This document shows, piece after piece, positions 9,341-18,010 of a stretch of DNA of 37,101 bases. Each line of letters begins with the position of its first letter. Within the stretch, counting starts at the first letter, position 1. The stretch lies in contig JAHQJS010000002.1 of the NCBI GenBank assembly GCA_019057385.1, positions 1 to 37,101 on the forward strand. The letters are read 5' to 3'. Position numbers and translations under genes: made by a program. The notes beneath the pieces are model-generated. The model saw nothing but the letters and a program-made list of their open reading frames with translations. It was not told where the DNA came from and ran no database searches. The stretch is from Candidatus Borrarchaeum weybense. Its GTDB lineage: Archaea > Asgardarchaeota > Sifarchaeia > Borrarchaeales > Borrarchaeaceae.

Positions 9341-9723
9341 GAGTTTTTTTTGTCGAAAAAACTCCACCAATCAGTGTTCTTACTTGTTCTTATATATAAA
9401 AACTATGTAGATATTTTCACATTCATTTTCTGAGAAAAGAAGAAGAAAATACTTATATACTATTAGTAAATATATTATTTCATACCAATATTTGCTACTT
9501 ATTACGAAATCTCTCATATTAATGGCATCCCCTCAATTACAAGAAATGTTAGTAAAATGAATAACATTACTACTTCCACAGATTGCATTTTCTGGTTTTT
9601 GATGGCGAAAAGATTTTAAAAGGAAACAAAGTTATATTCGTAAAACAATTTTCGATGAAACAGAATCCCATTGGTATATTGAAGCAACAATATTACGTAC
9701 ATAAATAAATACTAGGTGATTTT

Positions 9724-10257
9724 ATGAGTCCTTCAAGTGTTGTTAGAAAAAGTATAACAATTCCTTCAAATCTCTATGAAAAACTAATTGAATTTAAGGA
9801 TGAAAATGAGATTTTTTCTCATTTTTGTACACGAATCTTTGAACTATTTCTAGAACGAAGTCATATGGCCCAGTATGATCGTATAGGCATTTCGAGATCA
9901 ACCTTCAACAAACTGATTGAATTGTATCCACCCGAAAAAATTATCGATCTTGTCGAGTCGTTGGAAACCGGTCTGGAAAAATCATTAGGCAAAAAAATGA
10001 AGAATATCGACCTAGAAAAGGAGATAGCGCCTTATCTCAAAAAGGTATTAGTTGATATTAACAATATTTTCACTACGCTCTCGTTTAACTTCTTGGAGGG
10101 TCAAAAAGAATTTCAATTGATGCTTACTCATAAGTCGACAGATAGCTATGCTGACTTCTGGGCGGATTATCTAACTGGATTTTTTAATGATAGGGGATAC
10201 AAGGTAACTGAACAAGAAAAGAAAAAGGGTTATCTCTACATTCACTTCGTTAGATAA
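9724..10257 (+). CDS. ribbon-helix-helix DNA-binding protein with an uncharacterised (possibly V4R-like) C-terminal domain
   Basis: N-terminal RKSITIPSNLYEKL...FSHFCTRIFE matches the RHH strand-helix-helix pattern. GGTGA RBS. The C-terminal call is inferred from pattern only. Confidence 0.5.
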   Translation: MSPSSVVRKSITIPSNLYEKLIEFKDENEIFSHFCTRIFELFLERSHMAQYDRIGISRSTFNKLIELYPPEKIIDLVESLETGLEKSLGKKMKNIDLEKEIAPYLKKVLVDINNIFTTLSFNFLEGQKEFQLMLTHKSTDSYADFWADYLTGFFNDRGYKVTEQEKKKGYLYIHFVR

Positions 10258-10305
10258 GCGTTTCATCCACTTTCAAAGTGGACGCTACTTTTATTTCTTT
10301 TTCAT
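10258..10305 (+). terminator. putative terminator
   Basis: Inverted repeat TCCACTTT/AAAGTGGA with outer GCGT/ACGC, followed by T-rich runs just after the stop codon. Confidence 0.45.
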
Positions 10306-10392
10306 TTTCCCTTAATCTTATGAATAGTAGAAGTAGTTCATTTCATGTTGTTTATATCAAAGGTACTTTTTAACAGATAGAAGTGGATATTC

Positions 10393-11205
10393 TTGACTAT
10401 TCAACCTGATGTCCGTGCAGTCTTATGTATGATCTTACTTTTCTTGAATAGTGTAATAACTGTTATATTTTTGATATTTGGAAGTGACATTGGACTCCTA
10501 ACCTTTTGGTTTGGAGCATTATTGATCCCAATCTTTTTTCAAATTCTAATAAACAAAGAGTCATTAGAAGAGTTTGGTTTCTGGACAAAAGGTATGCCAA
10601 AATATTTAGTAATCGGCTTAATGATTTCATCATGTCTTATTCTAATTCATCTTGGGATTGGATTGGCCATAGAAGGGATTCTTGTTAACATTACTCAGGA
10701 AGCTATAATTTTCTTGCCAGGAATGGTAGTAACTCAGATCTTTATCAGTATTATAGAAGAAATGGGTTCTCGGGGATATATCCAAAGACAACTTAGCCTG
10801 CGTTATAGCCCCAAATTTAGTATCGGTATAGCTTCTCTTTTCTTTGCTCTTCTTCATTGGATAAATATTCTGATCTCTCTTGGTATTAGAACTTTTACTT
10901 CTTTGTTGCTTTTTAGCATTAATATGGTGCTGGGAGGTGCTTGGCTTGGATATGCATACTATAAATCTAATAATAACCTATGGCTACCTATCGCATTACA
11001 TTTTGGTTGGAATGTCGTTGGCTATTTCTTTTTTGGGTCTTTATTCACAGGAGGTTCAGTAGTAACCTACTTAATAGATCCTATTTTGATAGAATTTGAA
11101 TGGAGTATTTTAACTGCCTTGATACTCAGTTTAGGCACTGTAGTCATATATTTGGTTTCTAAAACTTCCGTCTTGTCTTTTCCACAAGAAGAAGCGCACA
11201 TATGA
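10393..11205 (+). CDS. CPBP (CAAX/Abi) intramembrane metalloprotease
   Basis: EExxxRG (IEEMGSRG), FALLH and HFGWN motifs, with multiple TM segments. Confidence 0.88.
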   Translation: MTIQPDVRAVLCMILLFLNSVITVIFLIFGSDIGLLTFWFGALLIPIFFQILINKESLEEFGFWTKGMPKYLVIGLMISSCLILIHLGIGLAIEGILVNITQEAIIFLPGMVVTQIFISIIEEMGSRGYIQRQLSLRYSPKFSIGIASLFFALLHWINILISLGIRTFTSLLLFSINMVLGGAWLGYAYYKSNNNLWLPIALHFGWNVVGYFFFGSLFTGGSVVTYLIDPILIEFEWSILTALILSLGTVVIYLVSKTSVLSFPQEEAHI

Positions 11206-11363
11206 TTGAATACTTATTTTAGATGATCACTTGAACCTTAAATTTGTATTAAAAATACCTATTTTTGTATTTTTTAAATTGAAAATTCCTGATGGGAAGA
11301 ATTTTAAAGCAATTTATTTGACTACACATGAATCCTCTAGGATATGTTCAAGGGGTTGAGTCT

Positions 11364-11645
11364 ATGTCAGATTCAAAAAAGAAACTTACACGTGCAGAGT
11401 TAGAACTGAGAGAAGAAGCGCTTGAGTCAAAAGAAAATCCTTTAACATATGAAGAGTATAAGGAATTGAATCGTCTCAAGAAAAAATTGGAAAGAGGGGA
11501 AATCATCATTAATGATAAGCGCTTCAAGTGCAACAAATGTGGACAACCGCATTACGTTAGGGTACAGCACGTTTACGACGGGGACTACCCTGATATGCGG
11601 AATACTAAGTTAATAATTACAGAAATTGAAGAAAAAACTGAATAA
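11364..11645 (+). CDS. small charged hypothetical protein with a CxxC...H motif
   Basis: ATG at 11364 after GGGGTTGA. Helical N-terminus then FKCNKCGQPH. Ends 18 nt before the UxaA-family gene. Confidence 0.65.
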   Translation: MSDSKKKLTRAELELREEALESKENPLTYEEYKELNRLKKKLERGEIIINDKRFKCNKCGQPHYVRVQHVYDGDYPDMRNTKLIITEIEEKTE

Positions 11646-11663
11646 GATTAAGAGGGTGAACTT

Positions 11664-12827
11664 ATGGAATTTATGGGTTATAAACGTCCTGATGGGTCGG
11701 TTGGCGTGAGAAACTATGTCGGCATTATAGCCGCTGTAGTATGCGCAAATGAAGTTGTAAACGCCATAGTAGATCAAGTCGGAGAACCAACAAAAGCCCT
11801 AACGCATAACCAAGGTTGTTGTCAACTAAAACCCGATTTGGAACAAATTGAACGAACATTAATAGGGATAGGAAAAAATCCGAATATTGCTGCAGTCCTT
11901 GTAGTGAGTTTAGGTTGCGAGAGTGTCAAAGCAGATCGAATTGTTGAAGAAATAAAAAAAACTGGGAAACCTGTTGAAAAAATAGGCATCTATGACCTAA
12001 AAGGCAGCACAAATGCCATTGAGCAAGGCGTAAAAATAGCTAAGAAACTGGTGGACTATGCTAATGAAAGCGAAAGAACACCTGCCTCGATTAAGGATCT
12101 TACTATAGGCATTAAGTGTGGGGCAAGTGATACTACGTCAGGGTTAGCCTCAAATCCAGCAGTTGGTGTTGCTACAGATATGATGATAGATGCAGGATCT
12201 AGTGTAATTTTTGGCGAAGTCACAGAGTTCATTGGTGCAGAACATATTCTTACTAAACGGGCAGTAAATGAGGATGTAGCTAACAAAATATATGGTTATG
12301 TCAACGCGATGGAAAAAAGGGCAGAAGCGGTTGGAGTAGATCTCCGAGGATCACAACCCACTGCAGGTAATATCCGTGGTGGGTTGACAACTATTGAAGA
12401 GAAATCTCTTGGTGCAATAATTAAAGGTGGAACACGCACAATTCAAGAAGTTGTGGATTACAGCGCACGTCCTTCTAAAAAGGGACTCATCGTCATGAAT
12501 ACACCTGGTTTCGAAATAACTGTGTTAACTGGTCTTGCTGCAGCTGGCGCTCAAATTTTACTCTTTACTACAGGTTTAGGCGCACCTCAAGGTCATCCGA
12601 TGACCCCAGTAGTGAAAATAACTGGGAATTCACAAACGATGGAACGGATGGGTGACCATATCGATGTTGATGTAAGTGGAATTCTTTCAGGAACGCTGAC
12701 AATGGATGCCGCGGGAAAGAAAATTGTAGATGAGATAGTTGAGGTTGCAAACGGTAAGCAAACAAGAGCTGAAATACTCGGCTATACAAAATCAATGGAT
12801 GTCTATGTGCTCGGCCCAGTTGTATGA
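11664..12827 (+). CDS. UxaA/GarD/SuyB-family dehydratase or lyase catalytic subunit (no SAF domain)
   Basis: GYKRPDGSVGVRN, SLGCE, KCGASDTTSG..SNPAVG, GNIRGGLTTIEEKSLG, FTTGLG. Confidence 0.9.
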   Translation: MEFMGYKRPDGSVGVRNYVGIIAAVVCANEVVNAIVDQVGEPTKALTHNQGCCQLKPDLEQIERTLIGIGKNPNIAAVLVVSLGCESVKADRIVEEIKKTGKPVEKIGIYDLKGSTNAIEQGVKIAKKLVDYANESERTPASIKDLTIGIKCGASDTTSGLASNPAVGVATDMMIDAGSSVIFGEVTEFIGAEHILTKRAVNEDVANKIYGYVNAMEKRAEAVGVDLRGSQPTAGNIRGGLTTIEEKSLGAIIKGGTRTIQEVVDYSARPSKKGLIVMNTPGFEITVLTGLAAAGAQILLFTTGLGAPQGHPMTPVVKITGNSQTMERMGDHIDVDVSGILSGTLTMDAAGKKIVDEIVEVANGKQTRAEILGYTKSMDVYVLGPVV

Positions 12828-12967
12828 CACTGAGCTGTAAAATCAGTTTTTCTCGCTGTTCAATTTTCGATTTTTCTTTTTTAAATGAATTTACTCCCAT
12901 AAGTGCATTTTTTTTACAAAATAGCATTGGAAGATATAATGAGTCTTCCCATATGAAATATTATCAT

Positions 12968-13783
12968 CTATGAGAAGTATTTAACATAATAGCCCGGCGA
13001 TTTATATTCTTTATTCTTACTGATTTTCTTGATTTCATTGTGTACTTTTTCACGTGATAGGTTTCTAAGTTTCTTTTTTGCATTTTGGCGTGTCTTAAAT
13101 TCTAAAATCCCTAGCAAAAGGGTGTTTTTTTCGATACCTTCGTAATATTTGCTGTTTGCACTTATTTTAACGCCTTTAATGAATCCTCCGAGTTTTAGAA
13201 ATTCTATACATCCACATATAGTATGATTATGAAGACCACCGATTCCAGACCAATTATTTTTTAAACGTACAACAGCAAATTTTATGTTAGATCGTTGAGC
13301 AATTTGTTGGAGTTGTTTAGCTAAGTCAGGGTGCGCACATGCTATAACAAGTTGAGGACGGATGTAGCCATCCTTTTTTACATAAATACTAATACTTCCT
13401 TCTGTAGACGCCCAGATTCGCAAGGCAATCTGCTGTTTAGTTTTAGATGCATTAATTAAGTAGTTTAAATGCGGTTGTGGTTCCAGTAAGTATTCTTCAA
13501 CGGTTTGCTGTTTCGAGGGTGCTGTTTTTGTATTTCCTGCAAATTTCATTATTTCATCTATGATTTTTTTAACAGATTTTCTTTTATACTCTGTTGTATA
13601 ACATTTTTTGGATGTCAAGATAAAATAACTCGTCGGCAATAAACCAAATTCATTGAACATTGCATCAACAAAGTAGTTATGTAAGGCTTTATTTTTGCCA
13701 GCAAACCTGACTTTATAGTTGTGGTTTACTTGTGAAATATCGCCATCGCTCTGGAGGCATGGAATAATAAGAGCGCGTTTCAA
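12968..13783 (-). CDS. double-motif LAGLIDADG endonuclease-like region (probably the 3' part of a frameshifted gene that starts at 14433)
   Basis: Two LAGLIDADG-like helices, LIIPCLQSDGDIS and LRIWASTEGSIS, each followed by beta-strand/helix patterns. The frame stays open upstream to about 13849. Confidence 0.6.
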   Translation of the reverse strand: MKRALIIPCLQSDGDISQVNHNYKVRFAGKNKALHNYFVDAMFNEFGLLPTSYFILTSKKCYTTEYKRKSVKKIIDEIMKFAGNTKTAPSKQQTVEEYLLEPQPHLNYLINASKTKQQIALRIWASTEGSISIYVKKDGYIRPQLVIACAHPDLAKQLQQIAQRSNIKFAVVRLKNNWSGIGGLHNHTICGCIEFLKLGGFIKGVKISANSKYYEGIEKNTLLLGILEFKTRQNAKKKLRNLSREKVHNEIKKISKNKEYKSPGYYVKYFS

Positions 13784-14433
13784 ATCAACATTTTTGTCAT
13801 GCCAGTGTTCGACTTCATGTGTGAGCGGAGGATGTATTTTAAAAACTTGTTATATCGAAAGAAAGTCATTAGGTATTTGTATAATTCAGTGGAATCTATC
13901 TGTTTACTAACAGATTGAGGAATCAACTTTACATCTAGTACATTTTTAATTTTAGAAAGAATCTCATTCGGACATTTGACCACATAGACTCGATAACTCA
14001 CTCCTGATTTATTAGGACTGAGATATTTTACAATTTCGCGGACCTTCTCAAATTTTGTTGGTAACTTTACTTTAGTTTTGAATTCTCCTTGATCAATATG
14101 CGAATATATTGTCTCTCTTGATACGCCACATATTTCTGCGATTTGAACTAATGATTGTATCGGAATTTTTGTACGATTATTTTCCCAGGCATTCACGATT
14201 CTTCCACTAATATTGAGGATTTTACCAACATCTTTTTGGCTGAGATGTTTTTTCTTCCTTAAGTTACTAAAGAACTGTTCGGCCCCAGTCACACACAAAT
14301 CAGGGACTTTCATAAGATCAAGGAATCCTTGTTCAGTTAAAGCATCGTCTTTTAGTTCTATGCAGTACTTATAGACTGAAGTTCGGTAAATGATTGCTTT
14401 AAATACTGTTTTATCTCCAGACTGTGATGCCAT
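13780..14433 (-). CDS. XRE/Cro-type HTH protein (probably the 5' part of an HTH-LAGLIDADG fusion)
   Basis: LRKKKHLSQKDVGKILNISGRIVNAWENNRTKIP is a canonical XRE HTH. Confidence 0.75.
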   Translation of the reverse strand: MASQSGDKTVFKAIIYRTSVYKYCIELKDDALTEQGFLDLMKVPDLCVTGAEQFFSNLRKKKHLSQKDVGKILNISGRIVNAWENNRTKIPIQSLVQIAEICGVSRETIYSHIDQGEFKTKVKLPTKFEKVREIVKYLSPNKSGVSYRVYVVKCPNEILSKIKNVLDVKLIPQSVSKQIDSTELYKYLMTFFRYNKFLKYILRSHMKSNTGMTKMLI

Positions 14434-14556
14434 ATTTCTTCAATTTATATCATTAGAGTAAGTATATAAACCTCGCAAATAATTAAAAGTTCCAAAAGGC
14501 AAAATTATAAAAAAATAGAGAGTTTGAAGTAAAAGTCAGTCCTTTCTAATCAACAA

Positions 14557-15081
14557 TCAACTTTCTAATCCTTCCATGAATTCTTCGGGAAACTGTACTA
14601 CACCCGCCTTGTTTTCAAGAGCATTTTCAGTTAATTCAATGGCCATGAATGCTCCATCTGGGACTTCAAATGGACACTTAATACCCCATTTTGAAGCGTT
14701 TTGAAATCCAAACTTGGGATAATAATTTTTGTGACCTACAACGATTATTGAATCAAACCTCAACTCTATTGCTTTTTCAATCCCGTGTTTTATTAGTTTT
14801 CCTCCGATTCCTTGTTTCTGCATTTCAGGGATAACCGCTAGTGGAGCAAGTATAAGAGTCTGATATTCTAACTCACCAACAATTTTTATTTTTGAAAAAA
14901 GTATGTGACCCACAATTTCGTTATCTTTTTCAGCAACTTGGGAAAGCTCAGGAACAAAATTCGGACCTTTTCTGATTTTTTCAATCAGCTTACTTTCAAC
15001 TTCTCGACCGAAGGCCATTTTATTTATCTCATAAACTCTTTTGTAATCCTCTTTAACTTCTTGTCTAATTGTAATGGACAT
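14557..15081 (-). CDS. GNAT N-acetyltransferase (YhbS-like)
   Basis: IVGHILFS, LAPLAV.P..QKQGIGGKLI, VVGH..YYPKFGF. Confidence 0.92.
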   Translation of the reverse strand: MSITIRQEVKEDYKRVYEINKMAFGREVESKLIEKIRKGPNFVPELSQVAEKDNEIVGHILFSKIKIVGELEYQTLILAPLAVIPEMQKQGIGGKLIKHGIEKAIELRFDSIIVVGHKNYYPKFGFQNASKWGIKCPFEVPDGAFMAIELTENALENKAGVVQFPEEFMEGLES

Positions 15082-15250
15082 CGTGTTTACCTCTATTATC
15101 CAAAGCGACTAATAAAAAATATTAAAATTGTAGAACTGATTTACCATCAGCTATTTAAAAGAATTAGCCAATAAAACTTAGTTATAAAAAATGGCAAGCG
15201 CGTAAATAACTCAAAATTCTCATCAGAAACTCTCAGGAAGTACTTAATAA

Positions 15251-15820
15251 ATGAATGTCATTGATTTTATCAAGCAACATCCAATAGCGATGTTCTTAGC
15301 TATCGCTTTCATGTGGACGTGGATAGCAATGGCTGTTATACTATTATCGTTTCCCATAGGAACCAATCCAACCGAGATAGCTCCTTTCTTCTTAATATTG
15401 ATTCTCATAGGTGGTTTCGGTCCCAGCATATCAGGTTTCATTGTTACACGTATATATTATGGAAAAGGAAGTGTATGGGCGCTTTTAGGTAAATTAAAAC
15501 GATGGCGAGTCAACATCGGCTGGTATTTCATTGCGTTGCTTATGATCCCTATTTTAGCTGTAATCACACTCTTCATCGTTTCAGCATTTGGCATACCATT
15601 TCCAACAAGTGAACAGATTTTCAACGTTTTGTTGATAGGTCTCATTTGGCCGCTTCTCGCCGCTCTTGGCGAAGAATTCGGCTGGCGTGGATTTGCACTA
15701 CCGAAGCTTCAGGAACGATACAATGCCTTAGTCGCAAGAAGACCCCTCAACTTGTTGGGCGGTAGTTCTCGGCAAATCAACTATCGCCTCGGCTATACTC
15801 GGAACAACTTATCTACCTGA
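15251..15820 (+). pseudogene. 3'-truncated CPBP intramembrane protease
   Basis: Has motif 1 (GEEFGWRGFALP). After RYNALVA the sequence turns into a hairpin element and non-hydrophobic residues, and the FxxxH and HxxxN motifs are absent. Confidence 0.75.
15734..15770 (-). mobile_element. miniature IS200/IS605-derived palindromic element remnant
   Basis: Minus strand GAGAACTACCGCCCAACAAGTTGAGGGGTCTTCTTGC shares AACTACC...AGGGGTCTTCTxGC with 8616-8652. Confidence 0.55.
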
Positions 15821-15864
15821 AAATAAGGTTTTTCAAGGAATTTCAAGTAGAGAAAAAAAAGGGA

Positions 15865-16749
15865 TTATCCCTTTATTGCCTTTAAATTAAAGAACCAAAG
15901 CGTAAAAGCTATTATTTCTATCGGACTGATAATGGCGCTGATAATCGTACTAATGACCATAGAAACTATTAGTATAGTTGTGATGGAAGCAATTGCACCA
16001 CCTATCGCACCAATAACTCCAGTGATAATAGCGATCACAATTCCTAAGAAAAATGTTAGCCACCATTTTCCTTTTACCAAATACCAACTACGTTTCAGTG
16101 ATTGAACTGCTCCTGAATCTTCTAATATAACGCTCTGGATGGTTACTTTGAAATACGTAGTTATTATTATGATGAGTACTGCCATTATCAAGGCGCCGAG
16201 TAAAGCACTGGCAATAATTGCTAATACATTACCTGTGCCTGCAAATGCAAATATTAAAGCAATAATGATAGCAATTCCAACTGCTACTATGCCTAGGATG
16301 ATCAATATTATTAGTATTGTAGCGCCTAGCACTGATGGAAATCGTGAAAGCGCATGTGAAAGACTATCTTTTAGACTCGGCCCTTCAACTCCTTGATGCA
16401 AATCTGCAGCATATTTCACGAGAAGACTCTCAACAAGAAGCTCAAAGAACACTGTTATGAGTACTGCTACAGCTATGCCTACAAACATTGTGGGCAAAAC
16501 ATCTTGCCATTGTGTTGCCCAATCGATTGGTGGTGAAGGTATATCTGTCACGTAAGATACACCAAGCAACAAGCCAAGATCAAATCCAGACGCAGCAAGT
16601 ATCCCAAAAATGATTAAGATCGAGATCAGAGAGATTAAAAGATACGGTAGCATGAAATATGGAAGTTTCCGCGCCCAATAAGTGAAAGTTAACTTTAATG
16701 TTTCAACAAATCCTAACTCTTCAGAAGATCCTACTTTTGTTTCCTCCAT
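15865..16749 (-). CDS. polytopic membrane protein (YciC/GDPD-membrane-domain-like)
   Basis: About 6 TM segments. SLKDSLSHALSRF and ILEDSGAVQSLKRSWYLVKGKWW patterns. Confidence 0.7.
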   Translation of the reverse strand: MEETKVGSSEELGFVETLKLTFTYWARKLPYFMLPYLLISLISILIIFGILAASGFDLGLLLGVSYVTDIPSPPIDWATQWQDVLPTMFVGIAVAVLITVFFELLVESLLVKYAADLHQGVEGPSLKDSLSHALSRFPSVLGATILIILIILGIVAVGIAIIIALIFAFAGTGNVLAIIASALLGALIMAVLIIIITTYFKVTIQSVILEDSGAVQSLKRSWYLVKGKWWLTFFLGIVIAIITGVIGAIGGAIASITTILIVSMVISTIISAIISPIEIIAFTLWFFNLKAIKG

Positions 16750-17030
16750 AAGTATCACTTCCCTTCAAAATCAATAATGATTTAACACTGATGCGTATTT
16801 AGTATTTATACTTTTTAAGTCGTCTAAAAGTGAATTTTTTGTTGTCTTGTTATCATATCATCTAGTATATTCAACACTGCAACATTCTTGATAACTAAAG
16901 CAACTGATCGATAATTATAGTTCTCTTTTTATAAGTATATCCCAATCGCTATTTATTACAATGATTCACTAATGCTTTATATTTCTTTGATTCATCAAAT
17001 AACTATTTTCGACTGCTAAAATATCATCGA

Positions 17031-17060
17031 ACAACTGTCCAGCCCTGAAATATGGACTTG
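17031..17060 (+). repeat. degenerate IS200/IS605-type end hairpin
   Basis: ACAACTGTCCAGCCCTGAAATATGGACTTG: CAACT start, GTCCA/TGGAC stem and CTTG tail. CCAGCCCT is the reverse complement of 101-108. Confidence 0.35.
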
Positions 17061-17120
17061 AAATTAGGTGAACTTGCATACATAAAGGTTTATAAAGTTA
17101 AACGTCCATATATTCGTTGT

Positions 17121-17204
17121 GAATGATTCTAACAGAGATATTGTGCTAGTCCTAAGCACCTGGAGTGCGCAGATATTGCACTTTAATACTAAAGTGGATC
17201 ATTC
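17121..17204 (+). ncRNA. candidate structured 5' leader or small RNA
   Basis: GAATGATTC/GGATCATTC closing stem encloses GTGCT/AGCAC and GGAGTGC/GCACTTT hairpins. It begins about 25 nt after TTTATAAA (17089-17096). Confidence 0.4.
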
Positions 17205-17273
17205 TCTAAATAATACATTGGCAATGGCACATTCGTATTGATTCATCAAATTTGTCTAAGAGAGAGGTTTTTT

Positions 17274-17855
17274 ATGACAGATGAAGCATTGGATGTAGGA
17301 AATGAAAACAACGAAGATGATGACATCACTTGGGCACTATTGAGAAAATATTGGAAATACATGGCGATCTTTGTAGTAGGAGGAGTTATTGCTTTGATTG
17401 GCGGAATCTTCGTGTTCTTTTGGTATGTAGGAACCTCTGCTGTTGGAGGTCAAGGAACATGGACAATAGACCAATTTTCGATAGGTAATATTGTTAGATG
17501 GGTAATATTTCTCATTCTTTTTGAGCTTGCAATAATAGTCATTCCGACAGCGGTAATTTTGGGTGGTTTAGCATTCTGGTGGTGGCGAAACTTGCCACAA
17601 GAAGAAAAAGATCAATTTAAGGGTAGAAAAACGAGAAAAAGAGAAGCTGGTAGTGGTGGTTTTACATTTTTAACCGCGATAATCTTCTTAATTATGATTT
17701 TTCTGCAGGGCAACTGGAATACTCCGCTTGGAGCGCTGTCGTACAGTTATTTAGTGTTTACATGGCTTTGGGCATGTATTTTCACTATAATTCCCTTCGC
17801 AATAGCCGCGCTAGTTTATTTTTCCTACAAAATAACGAAAACTACAAATGCATAA
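17274..17855 (+). CDS. hypothetical membrane protein (about 4 TM)
   Basis: ATG at 17274 after GAGGT. Four hydrophobic segments with a basic loop. Confidence 0.75.
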   Translation: MTDEALDVGNENNEDDDITWALLRKYWKYMAIFVVGGVIALIGGIFVFFWYVGTSAVGGQGTWTIDQFSIGNIVRWVIFLILFELAIIVIPTAVILGGLAFWWWRNLPQEEKDQFKGRKTRKREAGSGGFTFLTAIIFLIMIFLQGNWNTPLGALSYSYLVFTWLWACIFTIIPFAIAALVYFSYKITKTTNA

Positions 17856-17902
17856 TTTCTTTTCTTTTTTTTCTTTAATTTGTTCTTATTATCCGTACAG
17901 GA

Positions 17903-17963
17903 GTTAGTGTTTTATACTAGGACATGACAGAGTCATCTTAAACTAAAATACTGAGTAGCAACA
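17903..17963 (+). promoter_or_regulatory. repeated promoter/operator unit, copy 1 (TATA + ATGAC-N3-GTCAT)
   Basis: GTTAGTGTTTTATACTAGGACATGACAGAGTCATCTTAAACT, near-identical at 20126 and 20957. Confidence 0.75.
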
Positions 17964-18010
17964 TTAGTCTAAACGTTCATAACTTTTTTACAAAGAACAG
18001 GTGTAAAAGA

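Noticed and set aside
8675-11205. CPBP (CAAX) protease acting on the nearby GTPase as a prenylation module
   Set aside because: The GTPase ends in SHWNV with no C-terminal cysteine, and prokaryotic CPBP proteins are widespread.
12968-14433. Intein or archaeal intron context for the LAGLIDADG region
   Set aside because: No Cys/Ser...His-Asn splice junctions, no interrupted host gene and no flanking rRNA/tRNA.
17219-17270. GGCAATGG resembling a fluoride riboswitch start
   Set aside because: The pairing partner and the downstream GCTRATGAC element are missing, and the adjacent gene is not a fluoride exporter.
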